DNA of 64,000 nucleotides from Candidatus Limnocylindria bacterium (GTDB taxonomy: Bacteria > Chloroflexota > Limnocylindria > P2-11E), in assembly GCA_035543375.1 (NCBI GenBank), contig DASZZF010000002.1, positions 67,202-131,201 on the forward strand. Reading direction: 5' to 3'. A program made the translations under genes and the position numbers. Positions 10,671 to 18,984 of the stretch are shown piece after piece (the first letter of the stretch is position 1; every line of letters begins with the position of its first letter). Below the pieces are notes generated by a model that saw only the letters and a list, made by a program, of their open reading frames with translations, had not been told where the DNA came from and searched no databases.

Positions 10671-11836
10671 AGCCGCCCGATGAATCGCTCGACGCGGTCG
10701 CAGGCCTCTTCGATCCGTTCCATCGATGCCGCGTAGCAGGCGCGGATATGGCCGGCGCCGTGCTCGCCGAACGCGCTGCCCGGCACGACGACGACCTTCT
10801 CCTCGGTGAGGAGCCGTTCGGAGAACTCGCCGTCGGACAGGCCGGTGCTCGTGATGTTCGGGAAGCAGTAGAAGGCGCCACGCGGCTCGAAGCAGCTGAG
10901 TCCCATGGCGTTGAACCGCTCGTACATCCGCTTGCGACGCTTGTCGTACTGGGCAACCATCGCGCGGACCTCGTCCTCGCCGCTGCGGAGCGCCTCCAGC
11001 GCCGCGTGCTGGGCCGCCGTCGGCACGCACATCACCGTGTACTGATGGATCTTCATCATCTGCTCGATGATCTCTGCCGGGGCGCAGGCGTAGCCCACGC
11101 GCCAACCGGTCATCGCGTACGACTTCGAGAATCCCGCGAGGTAGATGGTGCGCTCCTTCATCGCGGACTCGCCCAGGATCGAGTGGAACTCAACGCCGTA
11201 GACGAGACGGTCGTAGATCTCGTCGGCGTAGATCAGGAGGTCGTGCTCGCGCGCGAGCGCAGCGATGCCCGCGACGTCCTCGGGCAGGAGCACCGCGCCG
11301 GTCGGGTTGTTCGGGAAGCCGAGCAGGATCGCGCGGGTCCGCGGCGTGACCGCTTTCCGCACGTCCTCGGGCCGAAGCCGGAAGTCGGAGCGCTCCTCCG
11401 TGGGCACCCCGACCGGCACGCCGCCGGCGAGGATGATGCCGGGAACGTAGGCGACGTACGACGGGTCGGCGACGATGACCTCGTCCCCGTCATTCAACGT
11501 CGCCCGGAGGGCGAGGTCGACCGCCTCGGAGACGCCGACGGTGACGAGGATCTCGAGCAGCGGGTCGTACGCCACCCCGCGCAGCCGCTCCGTGTGCGCG
11601 GCGATCGCCTCGCGGAGCGCGAGCAGCCCGTAGTTCGAGGTGTATTGCGTCTGGCCGTCCACGATCGACTTGATCGCCGCGTTGCGGAACGCGTCCGGCG
11701 TGACGAAGTCGGGCTCACCGACGCCGAGTGAGATGACGCCCTCGAGGCCGGTGGCGAGGTCGAAGAACCGCCGGATGCCGCTCGCCGGCAGGCGGGCGAC
11801 GCGCCCATTCGTGAGCGAGCGCTTCGCGAGCGTCAT
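10667..11836 (-). CDS. pyridoxal-phosphate-dependent aminotransferase, class I/II (AspC-like)
   Basis: GVGEPDF...NNPTG...SKSYAMTGWRVGY motifs. ATGA overlap with the gatA stop. Confidence 0.9.
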   Translation of the reverse strand: MTLAKRSLTNGRVARLPASGIRRFFDLATGLEGVISLGVGEPDFVTPDAFRNAAIKSIVDGQTQYTSNYGLLALREAIAAHTERLRGVAYDPLLEILVTVGVSEAVDLALRATLNDGDEVIVADPSYVAYVPGIILAGGVPVGVPTEERSDFRLRPEDVRKAVTPRTRAILLGFPNNPTGAVLLPEDVAGIAALAREHDLLIYADEIYDRLVYGVEFHSILGESAMKERTIYLAGFSKSYAMTGWRVGYACAPAEIIEQMMKIHQYTVMCVPTAAQHAALEALRSGEDEVRAMVAQYDKRRKRMYERFNAMGLSCFEPRGAFYCFPNITSTGLSDGEFSERLLTEEKVVVVPGSAFGEHGAGHIRACYAASMERIEEACDRVERFIGRL

Positions 11837-13293
11837 GCGGCCACCGATTTCTGCGCCGGTCGGCGCAAGTGATGCCCGGTCGCGGCCTCGAACGCCGCGG
11901 CCACCCGGAACATGGTGCGCTCCTGGAACGAGTTGGCGATGATCTGCAGCCCGACCGGCAGGCCGTCGCTCAGCCCGCAGGGGATCGACATCCCCGGAAG
12001 GCCGGCGATGTTCACCGGCAGCGTGAACACGTCGTTCAGGTACATCGCGAGCGGGTCGTTGGTCTTCGCGCCCAGCGCGAACGCGACCGTCGGTGCCGTC
12101 GGCGTGAGGAGCGCGTCGACCGTTTCGAATACGGCGTCGAACTCGCGCTTGATGATCGTGCGGACCTGCTGGGCCTTCACGTAGTACGCATCGTGATAGC
12201 CAGCGGAGAGCGCGTACGTGCCGAGGATCATCCGCCGCTTGACCTCCGGGCCGAACCCTGCGCCGCGCGTTCTGCGATACGTGTCGGTGAGGTCCCGGCC
12301 CTGCACCCGCAGCCCGAAGCGGACGCCGTCGTAGCGGGCGAGGTTCGCCGACGCCTCGGACGGTTGGACGATGTAGTAGACGGCGAGTCCCTTGTCGGTC
12401 GAGGGCAGCGAAACATCGACGAGCTGCGCACCCATGCGCTCGTACTCGCGCACCGCAGCCCGGACCGCCGATTCGACGCCGGGCTCCATGCCCTCGATGA
12501 AGAACTCGCGCGGCACGCCGAGGCGCAGACCCTTCACACCCCCCTCGAGGTCGCGCCGGAGATCCTCCGCGGGCAGCGGCATCGTCGTGGCGTCGTGCGG
12601 ATCCGATCCGAAGAGCGCCTCGCAGACGATCGCCGCGTCGGCGACCGACGTCGTGAGCGGCCCCACCTGGTCGAGCGACGAGGCGAACGCGACCACGCCG
12701 TACCGCGAGACGCGGCCATAGGTGGGCTTCATGCCGACGACGCCGCAGAGCGCGCCGGGCTGCCGGATCGAGCCCCCGGTGTCGGTCCCGAGCGCGAAGA
12801 TCGCCTCGCCGCTTGCGACCGCGGCCGCTGAGCCGCCGGATGAGCCGCCCGGCACACGCGACGGATCCCACGGGTTGCGCACCGGGCCGAAGGCCGAATT
12901 CTCGTTCGAGCTGCCCATCGCGAACTCATCGAGGTTCGTCTTGCCGAGCATCACCGCGCCGGGTTGCTCGAGCCGCTCGACAACGGTGGCCGAATACGGC
13001 GGCACGTACCCCGCCAGGATCTTCGACGCGGCCGTCGTCTCGATTCCCTTCGTCCCGATGATGTCCTTGCAGGCCCACGGGATGCCGCAGAGGATCGGCG
13101 CGTCCCCCGCGCGCAGCCGCGCGTCGGCCGCCTCCGCCTGGCGCCGCGCGTGCTCGGGCACGATGCGCAGCCACGCGTTGCACGGGTCGGCTTGGGCCGC
13201 CGCGACGAACGCGTCGGCGAGCTCGACGGCGGACACCTCGCGCGAGCGCAGCCGGGCCGCCGCATCACCGATCGTGCGCGGCAGCTCAGGCAT
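11833..13293 (-). CDS. gatA: Glu-tRNA(Gln) amidotransferase subunit A
   Basis: Amidase signature GGSSGGSAAAVA...GTDTGGSIRQPA. Start trimmed to MPELPRT (ATG 13291-13293). Confidence 0.95.
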   Translation of the reverse strand: MPELPRTIGDAAARLRSREVSAVELADAFVAAAQADPCNAWLRIVPEHARRQAEAADARLRAGDAPILCGIPWACKDIIGTKGIETTAASKILAGYVPPYSATVVERLEQPGAVMLGKTNLDEFAMGSSNENSAFGPVRNPWDPSRVPGGSSGGSAAAVASGEAIFALGTDTGGSIRQPGALCGVVGMKPTYGRVSRYGVVAFASSLDQVGPLTTSVADAAIVCEALFGSDPHDATTMPLPAEDLRRDLEGGVKGLRLGVPREFFIEGMEPGVESAVRAAVREYERMGAQLVDVSLPSTDKGLAVYYIVQPSEASANLARYDGVRFGLRVQGRDLTDTYRRTRGAGFGPEVKRRMILGTYALSAGYHDAYYVKAQQVRTIIKREFDAVFETVDALLTPTAPTVAFALGAKTNDPLAMYLNDVFTLPVNIAGLPGMSIPCGLSDGLPVGLQIIANSFQERTMFRVAAAFEAATGHHLRRPAQKSVAA

Positions 13294-13591
13294 CGGGCCG
13301 CTCCTCGAGGCTCGCCTGGACGCGAAACAGGTCGCCCTCGCGGTCGGGCGCGTCGGCGAAGACTGCCTCACGCGGCAGGCTCGGGCGCGGCTCGTCCTCG
13401 CGCATCACGTTCTCGAGCGGCAGCACCGACGCGGTCGGCGGTACGTCCGACGTGTCGACGTCCTTCAGCCTCTCAATCGCGTCCAGGACGTCCTGTAGCT
13501 GACCGGTGAAGCGGTCGAGCTCTTCGTCGGTGAGGGCGATGCGCGCGAGGCCGGCGACGTGCTCCACGCGGCCTCGATCGATGGCCGTCAT
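13286..13591 (-). CDS. gatC: Glu-tRNA(Gln) amidotransferase subunit C
   Basis: 101 aa, VEHVAGLARIALTDEELDRFTGQL. Overlaps the gatA start by 8 nt. Confidence 0.9.
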   Translation of the reverse strand: MTAIDRGRVEHVAGLARIALTDEELDRFTGQLQDVLDAIERLKDVDTSDVPPTASVLPLENVMREDEPRPSLPREAVFADAPDREGDLFRVQASLEERPDA

Positions 13592-13600
13592 GTCGTCAGT

Positions 13601-14035
13601 CTACGGGCGGAACAGCGCGACCATGTGCGGCGCGAACACGAGCAGGCCGACCGCGACCGAGGCGATCGCGGCGACGAACACCATCCCGGCGGCGATATCC
13701 TTGGCCGCCCGGGCCTCGGGCCGGTGCTCCGGTGACGCGAGGGTGACCGCGAGCTCGATGCCGGTGTTCAGACCCTCCATCATGACGACGAGCGCGATCG
13801 TCAGCGCGACCAGTGCCCACTCGATGGCGCTCAGGCCGACCGCAAGGCCGATCACGATGGCCGTGGCCGCGGCGAGGAGATGCAGACGGAAGTTCCGCTG
13901 GGTCCGGACCAGATAGGCGATCCCCGCGAGCGCGTATGCGAAGGAGCGCACGCCGACAGTGTGCGCCCGCTGGCCTGCGACGTGCTCCGCGGATCCGCTG
14001 GCAGCGACGGCGGGAGGTCTCGCTGACCCATGCAT
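13601..14035 (-). CDS. dgkA: diacylglycerol/undecaprenol kinase family protein
   Basis: SFAYALAGI...MMEGLNTGIELAV...AKDIAAGMVFV motifs at the C-terminal end of track ORF 13601..14878. The start is either ATG 14035 or GTG 13951. Confidence 0.75.
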   Translation of the reverse strand: MHGSARPPAVAASGSAEHVAGQRAHTVGVRSFAYALAGIAYLVRTQRNFRLHLLAAATAIVIGLAVGLSAIEWALVALTIALVVMMEGLNTGIELAVTLASPEHRPEARAAKDIAAGMVFVAAIASVAVGLLVFAPHMVALFRP

Positions 14036-14968
14036 CCTGATGTCCTCGCGCACGTCAAGTGGTTCACCGACCCCGTACCGTACCCGACCGAATGGTCGCT
14101 GCTCCTCACCCTCCCCGTTCTGGCGGCATTCGCGGCCGCGCTCGCCGCCGCCGGCATCGCCGCGTATATCCAGCACCACGTCGCCGAGCCGGGCGCGCTC
14201 AAATGGCTCGAGCGCTACGCTAAGACCGGTCCGCTCGTACTCGGCCTGCACGTCGGCGCCGCGCTGTGCGTCGCGGCGATCGCGGGGATCCTCTTCACGC
14301 CGAACCTGCGCCCGAACGATGACGTCCTCGGGCGCGCGATCCTCGTCATCGAGGCGATGTGCGGCGTGATGCTGCTGCTCGGCCTTGCCACGCGCGCGGC
14401 CGCGGTGCTCCTGGTTTCGCTCGGGATCCTGGCGCTGCAGCCATTCACGTTCGAAAGCATTTTCGAGAACGTCCACATCCTGGGTATCGCGATGTTCTTC
14501 TTCATCGTCGGGCGCGGCCCCGTGTCGCTCGATCGCGTCCGTGGCATTCGCCCGCCGATCCGCCACGCTGAGGCGCCGGCCGCGGCGCTCGCGCTGCTGC
14601 GGCTGGCCCTCGGACTCGGCATCGCGTTCAGCGCGTTGACCGAGAAGCTCCTCGACCCCGGGCTCGCGCAGGCGCTCCTCGATCAGCGCCCGTTCCTGAA
14701 CGTCGGACGGGCATTCGGGCTGGGCGACCCGCAGTTCGCGTATCTCGTCGGAGTCACCGAGCTCACGATCGGCGTCGTGATCGTCTCGGGCCAGCTCACC
14801 CGACCGGTGATGGCGGTCGGGGCCCTCATCTTCACATCGTCGCTCCCGCTGTTCGGGTGGTCCGAGTTCCTCGGCCACCTGCCGTTCTACGGGATCATGT
14901 TCATGCTGTTCATCGCGCCGAACGCCGACTCGTGGGCGGTGAAACGGCAGCTCCGTCCATCCACGTAA
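14030..14968 (+). CDS. polytopic membrane protein (DoxX-like, tentative)
   Basis: 312 aa with ~8 hydrophobic helices. High GC3. GGGAGG lies upstream. Confidence 0.7.
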   Translation: MHPDVLAHVKWFTDPVPYPTEWSLLLTLPVLAAFAAALAAAGIAAYIQHHVAEPGALKWLERYAKTGPLVLGLHVGAALCVAAIAGILFTPNLRPNDDVLGRAILVIEAMCGVMLLLGLATRAAAVLLVSLGILALQPFTFESIFENVHILGIAMFFFIVGRGPVSLDRVRGIRPPIRHAEAPAAALALLRLALGLGIAFSALTEKLLDPGLAQALLDQRPFLNVGRAFGLGDPQFAYLVGVTELTIGVVIVSGQLTRPVMAVGALIFTSSLPLFGWSEFLGHLPFYGIMFMLFIAPNADSWAVKRQLRPST

Positions 14969-15003
14969 CGCCGGGCTACGCGGGGGCTGTGAGCGCCCCT
15001 GGG

Positions 15004-15388
15004 CTAGCGGAGCGGCAGCGACAGCTGGAACGTCGCGCCCATGCCCGGCCCGATGCTATCCGCGCTCAGGCGACCGACGTGCGCTTCGGCAAGGATGGCG
15101 AGGCCACGAAGACCACGAGCCCGGTCGCGAGGTTCCGGCCACCGGGCGCGGGGAGAAAGCCCTCCTCCTTGACCATATCGACCGACCAGGCGACCGCCGA
15201 GGCAGCGGAGATCGCAACGCCGGCGCCGCGCCCTCAGAGCAGCCTGACCGCGACGACTGGCAGGACGTACAGGACCACGAAGGAGTGTCGTCGGGGGTGA
15301 CGATACCGGCCCACATGATCGCCGCCGTCGCGACCAGTCCGAGACCGACCGCCAGGCTGTCGCGCAGCCGTGGATCCAACCGTCTCAT
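15004..15388 (-). pseudogene. remnant of a sensor histidine kinase (two TM segments plus the extreme C-terminus of the ATPase domain, spread over three frames)
   Basis: Frame ending at TAG 15004-15006 reads GLRGLAILAEAHVGRLSADSIGPGMGATFQLSLPLR, which resembles the G2 box to the end of HATPase_c. The upstream frames give TM-like LAVGLGLVATAAIMWAGIV and SFVVLYVLPVVAV. There is no HisKA/H-box. Confidence 0.35.
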
Positions 15389-15470
15389 CACCTTTCGCAA
15401 ATGTGGGCCGAGTCGACGAGCGGCGCATTCCTCGGTCGGATGACTGGGTATCGACCAAATGGTGGAGCGG

Positions 15471-16829
15471 CTAGGCCCCTTGCGGCGAGCCGCTCGGGTC
15501 AAGCGACACGAAGTACGAGTCGCAGGCCATGTCGATCAGATCGGGCGTGAGCTGCGCCGGGCGACCAAGGAACCGCGCCGTGTCGGTGAGCTGCTCGAGG
15601 ATGTCGCGCGGGTGGCAGGAGCGGAGCCCGAGGTTCTTGCGCCGGTAATGCGCCAGGATCTGGGAGAGCGCCTCGGCGCGGTAGTCGATCTGCTTGCGCG
15701 CGCACATGCGCTTGAAGATCTCCTCGTACTGCTCGACGGTGGGCGCCTCGATGCCGATCTTGTAGCGGATCCGGCGGAGGAACGCCTCGTCGACCAGGTC
15801 CGCGGGATCGAGGTTGGTCGAGAAGATGATGAGCATGTCGAACGGGATCTCGAGCTTCTTCCCGGTGTGCAGGGTGAGGTAGTCGACCCGTTTCTCGAGC
15901 GGCACGATCCACCGGTTCAGGAGATCGCGTGGTGAGACGCGCTGCCGGCCGAAGTCGTCGACCATGAAGATGCCGCCGTTCGCTTTCATCTGGAATGGCG
16001 CCTCGTAGAACTTCGATGTCTCGTCGTAGATGAGATCGAGCGTCTCGAGGGTCAGCTCGCCGCCGGTCATGACGATCGGACGCTTGCTCACGATCCAGCG
16101 ATGATCGAACCGCAAGCGGTCGGCGACGATCGGATCGAGCGCCGCTCGGTGGTAGACCTGGTCGTAGACCTTGATCACCTGTCGATCGACCTCGATCGCG
16201 TACGGCAGGACGACCTCGCCACGCAACAGGGAGACGAGCACCTCCGCGATCGTCGTCTTGCCGTTCCCAGGTGGGCCGAACAGGAAGATGGACTTGCCGG
16301 AGTTCACGGCCGGCCCGAGCTGCCCGAGCGTCTCGCGCGGGATGACCATGTGCGCGAACGCCTTGGCGAGCTCTTCCTGGGTGACCGAGATGTTGCTGAT
16401 CGTCTGCCGCTTCACCGCGTCGAGGTACGCCGCGAGCGGGACGGGGGCCTTCCCGACGTACTGACTGCGCGCGAGCGCCTCCTGCGCCTTCTCGGAGCCG
16501 CGATCGACGATGACGAACTGGTAGCTCGCGGCCGACAGGCCGGTCCCGCCACGGATCTCGACGAGCCGCTCGCCCTTCAGGTATTCCATGACCTTGTCAA
16601 CGACGTTCGTCATCGGCAGCCCGAGCGCGGTGGCGACCTCGCCCATCGTCATCTGGCCGCGCAGGTAGAGCGTTTTCAGCGCGAGGTCGGCGATGAAGCT
16701 GAGCGAGAGGCCTGTCTGCTCGATGGACTGCGGCTCGGGCGGGAGTGCAATCTCCGGCGCGCCGGGGGCGGCGCCGGTCGCGCCGGCAAGCGGCATCGTG
16801 GGTGCCGGCCGGGTCTGCGGCTGATACAC
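15471..16829 (-). CDS. AAA+ ATPase with N-terminal winged-helix-like region
   Basis: Walker A FLFGPPGNGKTT, Walker B IFMVDDFGRQ, arginine finger region AFLRRI. Confidence 0.85.
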   Translation of the reverse strand: MYQPQTRPAPTMPLAGATGAAPGAPEIALPPEPQSIEQTGLSLSFIADLALKTLYLRGQMTMGEVATALGLPMTNVVDKVMEYLKGERLVEIRGGTGLSAASYQFVIVDRGSEKAQEALARSQYVGKAPVPLAAYLDAVKRQTISNISVTQEELAKAFAHMVIPRETLGQLGPAVNSGKSIFLFGPPGNGKTTIAEVLVSLLRGEVVLPYAIEVDRQVIKVYDQVYHRAALDPIVADRLRFDHRWIVSKRPIVMTGGELTLETLDLIYDETSKFYEAPFQMKANGGIFMVDDFGRQRVSPRDLLNRWIVPLEKRVDYLTLHTGKKLEIPFDMLIIFSTNLDPADLVDEAFLRRIRYKIGIEAPTVEQYEEIFKRMCARKQIDYRAEALSQILAHYRRKNLGLRSCHPRDILEQLTDTARFLGRPAQLTPDLIDMACDSYFVSLDPSGSPQGA

Positions 16830-16858
16830 GCTCAGTCCTTCCTCATCCCGCGCGAGAA

Positions 16859-18913
16859 CTAACGCTGAACCGCGGCAAGCATAGCCTCGAACCCCGCTTC
16901 GTCGACCACCTTGACACCGAGTTGCTTCGCCTTCTCGAGCTTCGTCCCGGGGCCCGGACCGGCGACCAACAGGTGGGTCTTTGCGCTGACCGAACCGGAT
17001 GCCTTGCCGCCCAACGATCGAACGATCGCCTCCGCATCATCCCGGCTCCGATGTTCGAGCGTGCCGGTGAAGACGACCTTCTTCCCGGCGAACGGACCGG
17101 CCGCCACCGCGGCGCGCGGTGCCGGCAGGACCGGCTCCACCGCGGCGCGGATGAGCTTGTCCTGCAATGCCCGCTCGGTCTCATCCGTGAAGTGCTCGCG
17201 GATCGCTTCGGCGACCTTCGCGCCGACGCCCGCGATCGCCTCGAGGTCCTCCACGGTGGCGGATCGCAGCAGCGCGAACACGTCGGCGAGGCTCGCGCCG
17301 GATGGCAGCTTGGCGGCGACCCAGCGCGCCAGATCGTCGGACGTCGACTCGCCGACGAGCGGGATACCGAGCGCGTTGATGATCCGTCCGAGCGGGCGCT
17401 GCTTCGCGGCCTCGATCCGTTCGAAGATGTTCGACGCGCTCTTCTCCGCGAACCGATCGAGCGACAGGATGTCCTCTTTCTTCAGGAAGAAGAGATCGGC
17501 CGGATCGGTCACCAGCCCACGCGACTGGAGCTGCTCCACGAGCGCCGAGCCGATGCCCTCGATGTCGAAGCCCCCGCGCGATACGAAATGGCCGATGCGC
17601 TGGCCGGTCTTCGCGGGACAGACCGGATTCGCGCAGCGGTACGCGACCTCCCCGTCGCGATGCCCGACCGGGCCCTGGCACACCGGGCACCGCTCGGGCA
17701 TCGTGAACTTCGGGTAGCGCTTTCCCTTCTTCCGAAGCGCGCGTTCCACGCGTACGACCTCGGGGATCACGTCGCCGGCGCGCTGGATGACGACCCGGTC
17801 GCCGACGCGTACGTCGAGCCGTTGCACTTCGTCCAGGTTATGCAGCGTCGCGCGGCGCACCGTCGTGCCACCGACGAGCACCGGCGCGAGCCATGCGACC
17901 GGCGTGAGCACCCCGGTCCGGCCGACGTACACCTTGATGTCCTCGACGTCCGTCGCGGCCTGCTCCGCCGGGAACTTGAATGCCACGGCCCAGCGCGGGT
18001 TGCGCGCGGCATAGCCGAGGCGCGTCTGGTCGGTCACCCGATCGACCTTCACCACGATGCCGTCGGTGCCGTAGTCGAGCTCGTGACGCTTCCTCCCCCA
18101 CTCGCCGATGAACGCGAGGACCTCCTCGATGTCCTTCGCCGCGCGGACGTTCGGGTTCGTCCGGAGGCCGAGGTCGCGAAGTCCCGCGAGTAGGGCGTGC
18201 TGTGAGGCGGCGTCGATCCCCGCCGCCGAATAGCACCACATGGCGAGGTTGCGCTTGGCCGTCTGAGCAGGATCGAGCTGCCGCACTGCGCCGGCGGCGG
18301 CGTTGCGCGCGTTGGCGAACGGCGGCTCCTCGCGGTCGATCCGCTCGCGGTTGGTCGCTTCGAACGCCGACGTCGGCAGGTAGACCTCGCCACGGATGTC
18401 GATCCGCCCCCGCATCGGGGGGACCTGCTCGCGCAGCGTCAGCGGAATCGACTTGATCGTCCGGAGGTTCGCGGTCACATCCTCGCCCGTCGTGCCATCG
18501 CCGCGCGTCGCGCCCTGTTGGAACTTCCCGTCGGTATAGGTGAGGTTAATCGCGAGCCCGTCGATCTTCAGCTCGCAGAGGTAGCCAACGTCGTCGCGGC
18601 CAAGCGTCTTGCGGATGCGCTGATCGAACGCGCGCAGCTCCGTCTCGTCGAAGGCGTTCGCGAGCGAGAGCATCGGGTGCGCGTGCTGGACCGGGGCGAA
18701 GCGGTTCGACGGGGCGGTGCCGACTCGCTGCGTCGGCGACTCCGGTGTGACGAGCTCCGGGTGCTTCGTCTCAAGATCCTGGAGCTCGCGGAGGAGCGCA
18801 TCGTAGGCGGCGTCGTCGAGCACCGGCCGGTCGAGGATGTAGTACTCGTAGTTGGCCGTCTCGAGCCGCTGACGGAGCTCGGCGACGCGTTTCTGGGCGG
18901 TCGAGGCGGCCAT
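16859..18913 (-). CDS. ligA: NAD-dependent DNA ligase
   Basis: CELKIDGLA adenylation motif, Zn-finger CPVCQ...CANPVCPA, C-terminal BRCT. Start trimmed to the ATG preceded by GGGAGA. Confidence 0.95.
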   Translation of the reverse strand: MAASTAQKRVAELRQRLETANYEYYILDRPVLDDAAYDALLRELQDLETKHPELVTPESPTQRVGTAPSNRFAPVQHAHPMLSLANAFDETELRAFDQRIRKTLGRDDVGYLCELKIDGLAINLTYTDGKFQQGATRGDGTTGEDVTANLRTIKSIPLTLREQVPPMRGRIDIRGEVYLPTSAFEATNRERIDREEPPFANARNAAAGAVRQLDPAQTAKRNLAMWCYSAAGIDAASQHALLAGLRDLGLRTNPNVRAAKDIEEVLAFIGEWGRKRHELDYGTDGIVVKVDRVTDQTRLGYAARNPRWAVAFKFPAEQAATDVEDIKVYVGRTGVLTPVAWLAPVLVGGTTVRRATLHNLDEVQRLDVRVGDRVVIQRAGDVIPEVVRVERALRKKGKRYPKFTMPERCPVCQGPVGHRDGEVAYRCANPVCPAKTGQRIGHFVSRGGFDIEGIGSALVEQLQSRGLVTDPADLFFLKKEDILSLDRFAEKSASNIFERIEAAKQRPLGRIINALGIPLVGESTSDDLARWVAAKLPSGASLADVFALLRSATVEDLEAIAGVGAKVAEAIREHFTDETERALQDKLIRAAVEPVLPAPRAAVAAGPFAGKKVVFTGTLEHRSRDDAEAIVRSLGGKASGSVSAKTHLLVAGPGPGTKLEKAKQLGVKVVDEAGFEAMLAAVQR

Positions 18914-18984
18914 GCTGCTGATTCTCCCAAATGAAGTCGTATCCCGTGTGTACAACTTGGGATCGCGTTCGGCTCAAGCGCGGC

